In this document: piece after piece, positions 12,094 to 25,482 of the stretch
How the letters are laid out: each line of letters begins with the position of its first letter
Numbering within the stretch: the first letter of the stretch is position 1
Source of the DNA: Podarcis vaucheri
Taxonomy: Eukaryota
Direction: 5' to 3' (one strand)
Length of the DNA: 64,000 bases
Assembly: GCA_965113315.1 (NCBI GenBank)
Contig: OZ220372.1
The notes under the pieces: generated by a model
The model's input: the letters and a program-made list of their open reading frames with translations, nothing else
Told to the model about the DNA's origin: nothing
Database searches by the model: none
Position numbers and translations under genes: made by a program

Positions 12094-15000
12094 CCTTGTA
12101 GGCGAATCAGGCAGTTTGTTCCACCTACCTCAGAGTTGCCCACTCTGATTGGCAGCTGCTCTCCAGGGTTGAAGGCAGGGGTCTCAACTTGCCCAACCAG
12201 GAGATGCCAGGGATGGAACCTAGGGGCTTCTGTATGCAAGGTAAACACTCTTACCACCTTCACCCTTCCGCTAAGCTTTGACCAGCGAGCTGCAGCTGTT
12301 GCCAGCTCTTACACCGGACTATTGCAATCACAGATATTGCTACTAAGCGCATCCTGAAAATCGCAGGCTTAATTTTTATTAAAAAGAGCCCAGAAACTTT
12401 CTAGCCCTTAAGACTGCAAATATAACCTTGAAACTGTTTGGATAATAGTTGATGAGATTTCAGGAGCCGGGGAGGGGCAGAGGATTGAGCAGGATTTCCA
12501 GCAGACCAGGAGGGGAGGGGTATTCAGTCAGGGCTGTATTTGGCACTTCCAGTACCCAGCAGAAGCAATCTGAATTATGCAAAATAAGCACTGTTATGCA
12601 AACATGCTTTACTTGCATTATTTAGCCAAGGCTCAGAATTTTGGCTTCTTTTCAGAGGGTAGGATATTTTGCACATAATTCCATTCCTTTTAATGCAGAG
12701 TATACAGAGGTATGCAGGAACCCTGTGTCCTTGAAGCTCAGGTTTCACTTACAGTTGAAAGGTAGGAGAAGAAGGTCAGGGTCAGATTTCTTGTCGCTGC
12801 CTTTCCCACCCCCACTGAAAAGTAAGCAACTGTGTGCAGAGACAGTTAACTAATTAGAAATCTAATCCCAGTTGCAGCTGTATCCAATTTTGCTCTAACA
12901 CCTCTTGAGGAAGGAGAACCCGCTGGTAAGGAGAAAGAAAGTGTGGTATTACATGCCGAAGCATGCAGTCAAGTCTACTCAAAAGTAAGACCCGTTGACT
13001 TCAAGGCATTTTATTTCCAGGTAACTGAATACAGGATAGCTGCCTAAAAAGAAAAAGCCATGTGGATTGTGTTTTACCTTCCAGTAAGTAAGCATGAAGG
13101 CTAGAAACTTGTTTCGGTGGGTTTTTAAAAATTAAAATTAAGGCTGATTTTCAAGATGTACTTAGTAGAGCTCTATGCCTGCATGAGCCTTTATAGGGAC
13201 ACATGCAAAATGTGACTTATAAAAATGTATAAACTACTTCCAAATATCTATTGCGTCCACAGGTTGAACACTACAAATTTCCAATCTACCTTTAAGGCTG
13301 AAATCCTAAATTACCTTTCCTGAATCCCAGCAGGACTTGCTTCTAGATAGCCATGTTTATTAGAACTGGGATATAGGGATGAAAAAATTACTAACACAAG
13401 CAATACACAGCAGACGCATTCAGTAAATTACAGAATTCCACCCAGATATTCCCCAGCTGAAAACTTGACTGACAGTGCCGTTGACCAATGGAACACGAAT
13501 ATAGAAACATTTCATCATCAGAACAATCTTTAATTAGCTGATCCTTCCTTGAGAGCAGGGCAATGTATCCTAGCAACCGCAGAGAACTGCCAGCTTTTGC
13601 AAAACAGACTTTCATTAACCACCTCATGGGTGGCAGACAGCAAGAGAAACAATAGTAAGTGAAGGCAATAGTGGCTCCTGGCTCTTTCTTGGTTTCTGAG
13701 TTCTTCTAAGCTCTTCTGACATTCCATCTGTACAATGTAAATAAAGATACTACAGTGCTAATTCACGCATCCTGCCAATAAATGTGAGTTTAAAAGGAGG
13801 ACCACGGATGAACTTCAATGAAAAGAGCAAGGAAGTGGAGAAGTGTATATACACGACAAAAATTAAATAGTGGTGGCCCGCAGAGATTAGAAACCGGGCA
13901 GGAACCGGAATATTATAGGGCGAAAGACTGGATGACATTTCCACCAGATCAAATGGACTAGAAACTCTAGAGGCTTAGGGAAAAAAGAATGTTGGGTGGC
14001 TTCAAAAAAGGATTAGACACATTCATAGAGGACAAGACTATCAGTGGCTACTAACCCTGAAGCATATGCTCTACTCTCCACAGCCCAAGACAGTATGCTT
14101 CTGAATATCACTTGCTGGGAACAGCAGGAGAGGATAGAGCTCTTGTGCTCTGGTCCTGCTTGCAGGTTTCCCACAGGCATCTGCCACTGGCCTGATCCAT
14201 CAGGGCTCCTCTTAATCATACATGGATGAAACTGAAAGAATGCCAATGGGAACACAATTGGGTGTTGGCTAGATCTACTCCAACACATTCTTAATTTGCA
14301 AAACAAGAGTGCATGCACACCAGGAATCTCTTAATAGTGAAGGCATAACTAATCCGTGTCAAATGATCCTGTGTGTACATTCTTGCTTAAAGAAGTGCCT
14401 TGCACTGGATTAGATTAGTGCAGCACTCTTTGTAAGAATTCCAGCCCTAGGTGGTTTACCAAAATCTGGCTCATAGTCTATCAAGTCTATTGTCTACCCT
14501 GCCCACATCCTGATAAGACTTTGCCTTCACTATTCTTACTGTTTCATAGAGTTGGAAGGGTTTGCGCAGAGCATCCAATCCAACCCATGCTTGATGTAAA
14601 GTCTTTCCAGATGTCCTTTTTATTGTGCCGTCATAATTATTTGTGCTCACGGTGATATCAGGCCAGTTGCGTGATATCCTGCTTTCAATACTCTTAGCAG
14701 CTTCAAGGTTTTGGGACAGTCATACTGTTTTGTTCCCAATCAGTGCATGTTCCACAACTTTTGGCTGAAATCCTATACACACACCCCCAAATGTTCTGGG
14801 TTATTTTTTATGTCCTGCTTTTGTTGTGTGGGAATATTGGGGAAGCGTCACAGAACAACTAATAAAGTGGAATGATTTGTGGGTGGTCCTGTATACTAAT
14901 GCATTAATGCACTAGCATTGTGCCAATGTTCCAGGATATACCCACAAAATGAAACAATAGCAACAACAAGAAAGAAAACAGTCAGGAGAGGCTCACACAT

Positions 15001-17944
15001 AGAGTGGAAAAATGTAATTCCAAAGGCTGCACCGATTGGCTGCATTATTAGCACGAGGAGATAAACCATGGTTTAATGCTACATGGATAGACTGTAACAA
15101 GCTTGAGGGAAGCATCAGGCTAGCATGCTCTCTCTCCCCTCTCCTCATCACACATGGCTAGGAGAAGGACATCTCCCAAGCTTAGTTGGGATACTTTAAA
15201 GTATCTCAGTTTAGCATTACAGTTGAACCAGGGATCCTTGGATTTTTAAAAACAAACAAACATCACATCTGTTTTCTAATAAGCCTACCATAGTTGGATT
15301 ATGAAATCAGCCAGGAAAGGAGAGGGGTAGCATATGAACACCTTGTTGGGCTCATTGAGCCTTGGCTGCATAATGCTAAAATTTAGCTGCTAAATTATGG
15401 TTTAGTGTTATGTGGTGAACCAGGCCACTATCAACAGCAAAGAAGGGAAGACAATCCAGACCCTATTAATTAATTGAACTAGCCTGCTGTTCCATTACAA
15501 GCCGAAAGGCATAGTTGTACACTGTATGCCAAGCATGTGCTAATCACAATAATCCATTCTCATAGTTGCCGATGAATAACAATTAGGGTCTCCAATATAC
15601 ATCCTGGACTTCAGTTCAAAGAGCCAAAACATTCCAATCAAGCAAAGCACAGTTTTGCATTCAATGAGCTAAACATGCCTGCAAACTACACAGTACAATT
15701 CCGTGATCCCTACCTGTCTTTCATGCTCCTCTCAGTTGGTTTTAGGGTGTGCTACCCCTCTTGATGACATTGCTATGGCTGCCTCTTCTTTTCAACATGA
15801 GAAGCTGTGACTATTTCTTTCTCTTCAGACTTAGCTGCGTGGCGTTGCTCCTTCCAGCTCAGAGTCTTAGTGTTGCTAATCTCTAATTAGCAGCCCACTA
15901 ACACAGAAGAGGCCAGGAGCTCGGAAGACTGCCCACCCCCAACCCTGTGGCCCTGTGACCGGTACTGTTCCGATCTGGATTAACGTTTGAGGTGATTTGT
16001 CCTGGAGGCCTTACTGCATGTGCCTATATTTCTAAATACCCTTGAGCTGCACTGGGTGATGGGGCATTAAAAACCAAACCAAATGAGTAACTAAAACCAC
16101 ATACAACAATTGCACAGCAAAGGGTCCAGCTTTTCCTTCTACTCACTGGTTTCTTCAGTTACTGCACCTTGTGGCTACTCTGGTCCAAAGAGGTTTCTTT
16201 TAGCAAAGATACTAACCAAAATGCAAGATCACAAAACGTGAGCCAGGGAGCGAGGAATGCCTTCCATACACAGCAAGATGAAATATTCTTTTCTGCTTTT
16301 TTTAAAAAAAGAGCTAAGGTTAAATAAGTTGAGAGAAATGTAAAACTAGTAAAACTAGTAACTTGAAAAAATAACAAAAAGGAAGCACATATTTTATAAT
16401 GCTGGAGGACAACCAATGAAGTGGATGTAAAATGACAAGTTTTAAAGCTTTCCCCCCAGAGTACTGATAATCGGAACTTACTGATATAGAACTGGAAATG
16501 GTTAAGACTATAACTGGGTTAAACCAACTATCAGCAGAGATACTAACAGCTCTTAAGAAAATAATAATAATTATGTTGGAACAGGCCAAAGGCCTGTCTT
16601 AGTCCAGCATTCTGTTCTCACAGTGGTCTATTGACTAAGACCTGTTCTTACTGAGGTGGTAGCCTCATTCTGGGCTGTACCACTTCAGATTGCAGGTGGG
16701 GACTCTTCCAATTATTAAGTTCTCTTTCACAAATGTGCCCCCTGAAAACAGAAAAAGGTGTGAGGTAAAAAGGTTTTAGACTATCCATCTCGACATGCTT
16801 GTTTTCTATATAGAAGGGAGAACCACACAAATTTATGAGCTACAAGCTGCAGATATAATAGCCCAAATACAGGGTTTGGGTTTTGTTTTTTAAAGTAAAC
16901 ATGAGTTTGCCACTTCAGTGAAAAAATAGGTAATCCAAGTATATATTATTTTGTTGAGGAATGGACTTACTGATGTGAACTGGGAGTGGCTGAAAGAAAA
17001 TGTCTTATTAGTGACCTTTGCTATACCAGTTGTTTTGGATCAGAATCTTACCTATTCCTGTTTTTTATGTATTGTTCGTATTTCACAAACCCTCTCCATG
17101 AGCAGAAAATATAGTATGTGGAGAGTTTGTCCTTATTTTTAGTGAAGGCGGAAATTGTGTGTCCAAACAAATTTCCTTCTGCCTTCATTTTCAGAAATAT
17201 GTGTTGTGGGGAGGGGAAAGGAGGGGAGAATTCAGAGGCAGTAAAAAGCAATAACAAGTAAGCTATCCAAACCTAATAAGGAAATGTTGCTTTTTGGAAT
17301 AAAAATATAATGCATAATTATATTTTGTGTGTCATACCCTGCCTGAAAAGTTGGAATTGTCTTATGCATTAAAGCTTTCTTTAGCCCAATGACACCACTC
17401 GTCTATCTGTCCCAGGGATGAAGAACTGGTGGCCCTTCAGATGTTTTTGGACATTGGCCATTCCAACTGGAACAGGTGGGAGTTCAAAGTCCAGCAGCAT
17501 TTCTCTCTCCATCTCTGATCTAGTCGAATCCTGTCTACTCCAGCCTTTCCCAAACTGGTGCCTTCTAAACCATGTTGGCCTCCAATTCCCACCAGCCCCA
17601 ATTAGCTTGGCTAATGCTCAAGGATGATAGTTGTTGTCCAAAACATGTGGAGAGTGCCAGGTTGGGGAAGACTTTTCTACAACAAATCTCTGGGCTCTCC
17701 AGCAGAGGTTGCCTCCCAGCACTTAGCACCGTAAGTCCTTTTAGCTGGAAGCAATTTGGGATCTGAACCTGGGGATTTCTGTATCCAAAGAATAGGCACT
17801 ACCGCTGAGCTGTGTAGCCAACACCGCAATCCAATAGCCAATTCAGCATGAGGGTTTCCAGTTCCTGTGGAGAGCTTTGAATCCATGTGAGGTAGCCATC
17901 TAATTTTTCACTGCATGACCTGTTGTGAGTTGTTTCTCATGTAT

Positions 17945-18056
17945 TGCTCAGTTGGTAGAGTATGAGACAGGGTGAAAGATTCTTGCATTGCAGAGGTTTG
18001 GACTAGATGACCCTTGTGGACCCCCCCAGCTCTACAATTCTATGATTCTGTGATTC
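17945..18056 (+). mobile_element. tRNA-headed SINE with CR1-type 3' tail (related copies at about 28175-28310 and 63695-63790)
   Basis: A-box-like GCTCAGTTGGTAGAG head. The tail GGACTAGATGACCCTTGTGG...CTCTACAATTCTATGATTCT resembles the 3' end of the CR1 at 37605-37700. Confidence 0.6.
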
Positions 18057-18794
18057 ATGTAACTTTCCTCTAAGCAGGTTTTGAAAGCGCATATGCGAAG
18101 TGGCCAGAAAATGACTAAATGATAAGTTTTTGTCAAAGAAGGGCGTAAATGTGTTTTCCAGTTGACATAAGAAAATAATTCATAGTACGCCTACAGAATG
18201 TTCCTATTATTTTATTCTCCTTGAGATTATTCCCTAGTCTGTTGTTGTTGTTGTTTTGCATCAGGTTATCATACACTTGATTTAAAATGAGCTCCTATAC
18301 ACTTGTCCCATCCAGATGAACGGCATTCACAAATTACATACTGTATTCCAGACTGAGGATATGGTTTTATACACACTTACCAGGGAATAAGCCCTGTTGA
18401 AGACAGTAGGCTGTACTTCTGAGTAAGCATGCATAAGATTGCACTGCAAAGGGCATTCTTGTTGGCACTTGCATACCTCCCCACAAAAAACATAGGTTAC
18501 CAAAATTGGGATACTAACATCTTCCCTATTGCTTTGGTTCCCATGCAACTTGGTTTTTTAAATATTTTATTTCAAAGTAAAAGTTATTTTGCTGTTTTGC
18601 ATGTGGTTGTGCATTAGTGATGGTTACCTGTTTGAATTCAAATAAGCCTCTTAATATCCAATTGCTGTTCTGGGTGGCAATCTTGGAAGTTGAAGATGTT
18701 GATCTTGCATAGTTCCATACTGCACCCTACAGGACACAAGAGCAAAGTACAAAAACACGTTACTATTAATTTCTCTTATAGGAACAGGCTGTTC

Positions 18795-20138
18795 TGTTGC
18801 ATCCTGGACTTGATTCCATGGACTTCTATGGGAATGTTGTTGCTTTACTTAGCTTTCTCCTGCTGAAATAGGGTTAAATTAGAGGGGTTTATATGGACTG
18901 TGTTGTGTGTGAGGTTTGTTTGATTGTTTGTTTTACTATTGAAGAATGCAGTTTTCCGAACAAGAGACAAAAGGCTTGTGGTCAAAACATTTAATGCCAA
19001 TGTGTAAATACAAGAGCTATTCTCAGTACTGGGTGGCCCAACAATCATTGGGACCAGACCGTGGGGCTCTGGGAACAGAACCACAGGCCCAACATGGTAG
19101 CTTAGTACCCCCAGTGGCAGCCTAGGGGGCTAGAGGAGGGAGGCATCCCTACACAATCTACTGGGAGACCCCAGAAGCATAGGAAGCCCCCAGAAGGACT
19201 GAACCTGTGAATTAAGCAACAAGGACTGAGAACTGTGTTTGCTTTACTCAAGAGTAGAAACTCTGTGGAAAACCCAGCTACTACAACAAGAGGAGGGGGG
19301 GGGGGTTTCTGCTCTTGGAACTGTGAACTGACCTACAAAGGGATTGTGCCTGCAAGTTCAACAGTGACTTTGAATTGCTGTGATGTCTTTTGTTTATGTG
19401 CATGCTGTTGTGTTGGGATAGTAAGGGCTTAGTTTAAATTACTCTGTTCACGGAGAAAGGCTTGGAGGAATCCAGGAAGCTGGGGGCCGCTTACAAAAGA
19501 ACTGTTATTGTGTTTTTAAATGTCTTCTTGTGTTTTTGATGTAACTTTCTGCTATCTTTCAAGCACACTGGAATGCTGGTAGTAACCATGTTGGACAGTC
19601 ATGGAAGACTGCCTTTTGCTAAGGAGGGGGTGGTATTATAGAAATAGGGGGATCCCCCTAAACCCTAGAAGTTAATAAATGCTAGGATTTTGGGTTCTTT
19701 GTAATATGCAGGGAGGCTTTAAGCTGCTAAGGGGATTCCTGGGTTGCCTTACTCAAACCAGCCTGGCTGGCCAAGGGAAGAGCAGAGCATTAAAACAGAG
19801 AGCCATTGAGGACAACTCCTTGTCCCGAGTGTGACTGGAGATTTGGAGTTTGCCAAGGTAACTGCTCTGGGGGAGGGCAAGGGGCCTCTCAGAAGAAGAG
19901 GGAGAATGGCTGAGATCCATCTTGGCAATGAAGGAAAGACTGCCTGCAATGCTCTGGGCCACGCTGTAAGATCGGGACCCCCTCCATGCAGATGGAAGGT
20001 GTAAATAAGTGAATAAACCCTGTTTCCCAAAGCACAACAGCCTCAACTGTGTCTTCTGTTATCCTAAGGGACGCAGAGCCTGCAGGTGTGCCTGTTACCC
20101 CATGTGCTCTGGCCGCTCCTTGGCAGGCTTTTGCAACA
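18795..20138 (+). mobile_element. Possible LTR-like element
   Basis: TGTTGCA...TGCAACA termini and an AATAAA about 125 nt before the end. No TSD was found and the boundaries are uncertain. Confidence 0.3.
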
Positions 20139-20599
20139 ATACATTAAAACCAGTTAGTGGGGTGGGGAGGGGAGGTAATGCCTTAAAAGTATCCGAGTTT
20201 GGTGTTCCCAAACCGAGCTGGGTTCTGGTGTTCCGTGTCTGTGAAGAACACTTGCAATAACCTGAATTCTACATTCAGGTAGGTAGCAGTGTTGGTCTGA
20301 CGCAGTCGAAATAAATAAATAAAATTAAAAAATTGTCCAGTAGCACCTTTTTTAAAATTTATTTCGACTGAATTCTGCAAAAGTCAAATTGTAATACAAT
20401 GTAAAAAAAGGAGGAATTAAAATGCAATTAAAATCCATTACACATCTAGCCCAGGGCATTAAAATTGCTACAACAGGCAAGAGAAAAACAAATCACCAAG
20501 TGGTCCAGCCAGACCCTCAGAAATTTCCAACTACGTACTGTATTAACGACGAGGGACATTATGAATTGAGGAGGCCAACGAACTAAGCTTAAATCCCCC

Positions 20600-20756
20600 T
20601 CCCTCCTGCTCCACGTTACTTCCTGCCACGGGCTGCCTTCCGGTTGTCGCAGTCCGGCCTCCCGTCAGTCAGCCTTTCCCGTCGACTTTCCCCTCTCACT
20701 CGAGAGGGACTACATTTCCCATCATGCTCTATTGCGGCGTGACTGCGGGCGCGCAG
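20600..20756 (+). promoter_or_regulatory. PEX26: PEX26 CpG-rich promoter and probable non-coding first exon
   Basis: CpG-rich stretch with ETS-like ACTTCCTG/CTTCCGG and a ZNF143/SBS motif ACTACATTTCCCATCATGC (20709-20727). Donor GCAG|GTAAAG at 20756/20757 and candidate acceptor TTTTAG| at 21250. Confidence 0.65.
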
Positions 20757-21265
20757 GTAAAGCGAGGAAGTCGTCTGTTCTGCTGCTGACCGAACAGCAG
20801 TTTAGGGGCAGTCGCATTTTTTGTTGCTCTTTATGCAGAATGTGCAGGGAGATGATCTCTGCGTCCTAGAAAGAGAGCGGGGTCTGCACTGCGTTTGCTT
20901 TTGATAGGATACAGGGCTTTATAGAAGGCGGACCCGCACCCTCAGAATTGCAATTGTGCAATTCTGCAGATCTGGACAGTCGGGATCTTCTGGATTCTGA
21001 AGAATGGTGCAACCGAAGACAATTTTCTTTTTTACTTAGCTTTCCCCCTCCTACACACCCCTGCCCCTCTTTTCTAGCCGGTGTCTGACTGCAGAGGGGA
21101 ATAGCCTGCCTCTGAAGAAGAGTTAGTGGGCTAAAAATAATAAACAAAAACCCAAATTGTTGAGTGCTGCCTAATATTTTGTCCTGAAGCTGCTGATCGC
21201 GCGAGGCAACCGGGCCTATAGCGCAGCTCAGTCGGAGTGTTTAGTTTTAGAACCAGCACCTAGAG

Positions 21266-21495
21266 ATGATGAGGAATGACCTGTCCGTGGCGCTTGCCGG
21301 CATCGGCGGGGCAGGGAGCCTGCTAAGAAGCAGCGAGCCCGTGTCTCTGTCTCCAGTGGCGTCCCAAGCAGCTTCCTTACTGGAAGAGGCTGCAGATCTG
21401 CTGGTGATGAACAGGGACTTCGCGGCTGCTCTGGACAGGTGCGAGAAAGGCTGCGAGAGCCTCAGGAAGGACCCCGAGAATGAAGATGCTGACAG
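21266..21495 (+). CDS. PEX26: PEX26 peroxisomal biogenesis factor 26, coding exon 1 (230 nt)
   Basis: MMRNDLSVALAGIGGAGSLLRSSEPV...LLEEAADLLVMNRDFAAALDRCEKGCESL matches the PEX26 N-terminus. Donor AG|GTACGT. Confidence 0.92.
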
Positions 21496-22435
21496 GTACG
21501 TGCTGAATTGAGGCAGAGGTCGGGTGAGAACTGGGAAGAGTGGGATTGATCAGTGCCAGATGTAGGTATGTGCTGAGCTATCTGCAGCCCATGATCTAGG
21601 GGCTGGGGCTCATCCTCTTGCAATAATTTTTTAAATAAAAAAACCAGGCAGATTTTATTACTTAGGCCCAGTTGCTTAGTAATATTAAACACACAATGTT
21701 TGTGTGTCTATGACTATATGAGTTTCACAATTGCGTACTTACAATTTAGTAAAGTTCGTGGAGGTTTTATGCTGCTCAGAATCAAAGAATAAAGTCAGCC
21801 ATGAAGCAATACAAGCGTTCAGATCACTGTCTATCATTATAGAGTACATTTTGAGAACAAGTGAGGATTATAATATAGCTGTGATTCCCCTGTGAATGTT
21901 CTGTGTGAATGTCTTCGATAATTCCATACTTTTGTAAACTTATTAAACTCCTAGTCTCCAGTTGCTTCAAACCAGTCCTGGAATTGATGTCGTTCTTCTA
22001 AAGGGAATTAAATAACGATATTTATTCCAGTACCTGTTAGCACAAATGGCAGAAGAATGCAGTTTCTTACAGAAAAAGACATTTTACCAAGTTACAGCAG
22101 AGGGACGGGAAGGGTAAAATGGCCCCTAGCTGTGCTGGGAGACAGCAACTTCCTGCTCCTCCTCTCCTTGAACTTCTATTACCATCTGGTTATTATAAAA
22201 CTTTGTAAATAAGAACTACTGTCTGTGTTTGCTCCCCCCTCCCCCCCAATACCTTTGCCTTTTCTGTCATGCCTTTTAGATAGCCCTTGCCCCCAGACTA
22301 CCAATCTTGTTGCTGATCTTTGTATGGCACACTGGGAGTCCTTTTCAGCAGCAGAGTGGGGTTAATTTTTAATAATAATAATAATAATAATAATAATTAA
22401 TTAATTACATTTTGTGCATCTATTTTCTGCATCAG

Positions 22436-22576
22436 CTCTGAAGAACTGAAATGCTCCTTATGCACTGTGGGTATCCAGGCCTTGGCTGAGATGAACCGAT
22501 GGAGAGAAGTCCTGCCTTGGATTCTTCAGTACTATCACGAGCCTGAATGTTGGCCTTCCAGAATTCTAGAGCTGTG
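22436..22576 (+). CDS. PEX26: PEX26 coding exon 2 (141 nt)
   Basis: Acceptor ATCAG| and donor TG|GTGGGT, with consistent phases. Translates as [30 protein letters not shown]. Not in the ORF track. Confidence 0.93.
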
Positions 22577-22839
22577 GTGGGTTCTGCTCTTACAGACACA
22601 GAGTTATATTACTGTATTTTGGAGGTGGTAAGCCTGTTACTGGACTGTACCAGTTTAGGCTGCGGGTGGGAGCTTGCATAGCTGAGTGCACCTTCATGCA
22701 GATCAGCTCCCTGCATACAAAAAACTAGATATCTGGGAGAAAGAGGCATTGCACCCTAGCCTTCTGCCAGACATGCTAGTTTTCTGTGTGTATGGATTTT
22801 CTTTTTGTATAGAGATGCAGTAAGTCATATGATCTCTCC

Positions 22840-23165
22840 TGAAGGAGCGTCTCCACCCCCATCGTTCAACCCGGACACTGAAGTCCAGTGCCGAGGGCCT
22901 TCTGGCGGTTCCCTCACTGCGAGAAGCAAAGTTACAGGGAACCAGGCAGAGGGCCTTCTTGGTGGTGGTGGCCGTCCTGTGGAACACTCTACCATCAGAT
23001 GTCAAAGAAATAAACAACTATCTGACATTTAGAAGACATCTGAAGGCAGCCCGGTTTAGGGCAGTTTGTAATGACTGATGTTTTAATGTATTTTTAATCT
23101 TTTGTTGGAAGCCTCCCAGAGTGGCTGGGGAAACCCAGCCAGATGGGCAGGGTATAAATAATAAT
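22840..23165 (+). mobile_element. L2-clade LINE 3' fragment followed by an (ATT)n-type tail
   Basis: RAFxVVAxxLW-like 3' coding remnant and a CCCAGAGTGGCTGGGGAAACCCAGCCAGATGGG...TATAAATAATAA end. Confidence 0.55.
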
Positions 23166-23408
23166 AAATTATTATTATTACTATTATTATTATTACTATT
23201 ATTATTATTACTATTATTATTATTTTGTCTGGGAAGGACGTTTTGCTTGGAGAGTGTTCTGAGGGCCAGATAGAGCCCTGCACTAAATTATACTAGCTCC
23301 CTCTGTGTCAAGGGCTTTCTTGAGAATGCATAGGAAAAATAATATGCAAATACAATGGTGTCATTATAATAATATTAAAGTGGTGGTATTGCTTTGTTTC
23401 CCTCTCAG

Positions 23409-23725
23409 CATCCTCCTGCATAGTAAAGTGGAAGAACCTCATGTGATGCTAGATGTCGCCAGAGACTGGTTACATTTCTCAGCCAATCAGCACTTGCCTA
23501 GTTACGGCCTCTTGGCTCAGCTGCACCTGTTCCATGTGCTGTTGCCGCTCAGGCTCTTTGCAGAGGCAGAGGAGCTAATCCGAGATTGTAAAGCATTGAG
23601 CAAAGAGCAACAGGTGGAGGCCTATGAGAGCATTAAGGAGCAGAGGCAGCAGTGGCTGCAGAAGGAAGAGGTGGTGTGCCAGCTTCCTGACGAGCGGCCA
23701 GAAATGGTGTGGAAGCAACGGTTGG
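23409..23725 (+). CDS. PEX26: PEX26 coding exon 3 (317 nt)
   Basis: Acceptor CTCAG| and donor G|GTAGGC. Translates as ILLHSKVEEPHVMLDVARDWL...HVLLPLRLFAEAEELI. Confidence 0.92.
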
Positions 23726-23804
23726 GTAGGCTTTTCTTAAAAGCAGTCTTATGTGTTTTGTAGCTGAAACCATAGATGCCTGGAGTATATAAATTTTCTT
23801 GCCA

Positions 23805-24198
23805 CCTAGTCTGGAAACAAAGCCTTATGAGGAGTGGTTGAAGGAGGTGGTTATGTTTAGCCTGGAAAAGAGGAGACTGAGGGGAGATATGATAGCCATC
23901 TTCAAATATCTGAAGAGCTGTCACCTGGAAGATGGAACAAGCTTGTTTTCTCCTGCTCTGGAGGGTAGGACTCGAACCAAGAAAGGAAATTCCGACTAAA
24001 CATCAGGAAAAACTTTCTGACAGTAAGCTGTTTGACAGTGGAACAGTCTCCCTTGGGAGGTTGTGGACTGACCTTCCTTGGTGGTTTTTAAGCAGAGGTC
24101 GAATGGCCATCTGTCTCAGATGGTTTAGCTGAGATTCCTGCATTGCTGGGGGTTGGACTAGATAACTCTTGAGATCCCTTCCAACTCTACAATTCTAT
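23805..24198 (+). mobile_element. CR1 LINE 3' fragment (older, diverged)
   Basis: [35 protein letters not shown] is homologous to the C-terminus of the ORF2 at 37706-40645. Ends in CCAACTCTACAATTCTAT. Confidence 0.85.
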
Positions 24199-24529
24199 TA
24201 ATCTAGTAAGAAAATTGCAGTCCTACAGCATTCAGACAGCTTAATGAAACTGTTGGGTGAAGGGGACACACTTTCAACAACTTCACTGGGATTTACTATT
24301 AGCATAGATAAAGCGTTTGCTAAGGGGCAAAAGCATTTCCTTGATCAGTCACAAGAAATTGGTGCTGGCTGTACAGTCCTCACATGACAACGGTGGTGTC
24401 TGGAGAGTTTTTAAGGGAGAAAGGTTATTTTTCATGGAATCATCTCTGGAAATAACTTTTTAAAAGTTCCTTTTGAGTGGTGCCTCCTCGCCACTTTCCC
24501 TGGCGTAATGTCTTCCTTTCGTTTTGCAG

Positions 24530-24676
24530 GTTTGGTATCCCAAAAGGTGTTGACCATATTGGCACAGCTGGGTCGAGTGCTGGGATCCTTGGCAGGCCAG
24601 CTGTGTTCCATCCCCTACAGAAAGACACTCTTGGCTGCTTTCATGTTGTGTCTCATTGTCATGAGACTTGACCCAG
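24530..24676 (+). CDS. PEX26: PEX26 coding exon 4 (147 nt; transmembrane segment)
   Basis: Acceptor TTGCAG| and donor CAG|GTATAC. Translates as ...KTLLAAFMLCLIVMRLDP. Confidence 0.92.
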
Positions 24677-25378
24677 GTATACTTGAGAGAGGGGAGACAG
24701 TGGGAGGGGAAGGGAAAGTAGTATCCAGCTGTTACCGTGTGAAATATTTAGCCTATGTGGGGTTGTATCTGGAATGGCAGTGTGTGTGTATTGACACACA
24801 GTGCTGCTTGGCCATGTTTGGGATTTCAGGAATGACTTGTAAAGCACAGACTGCTGGGGATATGGTCAAGTCTGCCGTATCTGGAGTGGGATGGAATGAG
24901 AGCCCCAAATTCACCCGAGTTCCAGGAGCAAAGGAGTAGAAGGCCTGTCAGGGAGTAGCTGCATAAGAACCAAGTATACGACAGCTTCCTGAGTTAGACT
25001 CTTGGCCGATCTAGCACTGGCAACGGCTCACTTGGGTTTCAGGCAAGGAGTCTTTCTGGGAACGGTAGTTTGTTTTAGGTGCTGGGAATTGTAGCTTTCT
25101 GAGGGGTCTTCTAACTACTCTCAGCTACCTTAACGAACTACAGTTCCCAGGTTTTTTGGGGGGGCGGAGCCGTTGCTGTTAAAGTGACACAACAGTGTTT
25201 TAAACGTATGGTGCATGTGATACCTGAGTGGTTTATTTTAGTTGTACGAGAAGCCTTGGGTCATTGTGTGTTTACATTTGGAGGAGGAATGTTTGACCAG
25301 TGTCGTGAATAATATTTGCTTATTGTTATGGGTAGATATGAGAAATGAAAGTCATTATTTTCTTCTTCTCTTTTCCAG

Positions 25379-25482
25379 CATCTCCCACTTCTCTGCCCTT
25401 CCTCAACAGGCTAATCCAGCTCTTCCATCAAGCCCGCTTGGCTGCATTTTCTTCACACTCCAGGCCTCCAGTTCAAGACTAA
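25379..25482 (+). CDS. PEX26: PEX26 last coding exon (104 nt including TAA); total CDS 939 nt, 312 aa
   Basis: Acceptor TTCCAG|. ASPTSLPFLNRLIQLFHQARLAAFSSHSRPPVQD* resembles the PEX26 C-terminal luminal tail. Confidence 0.9.

Noticed and set aside
1-20500. MICAL3 exons expected from mammalian synteny
   Set aside because: No MICAL3-like coding sequence or convincing first exon was recognised. Non-coding exons cannot be excluded by eye.
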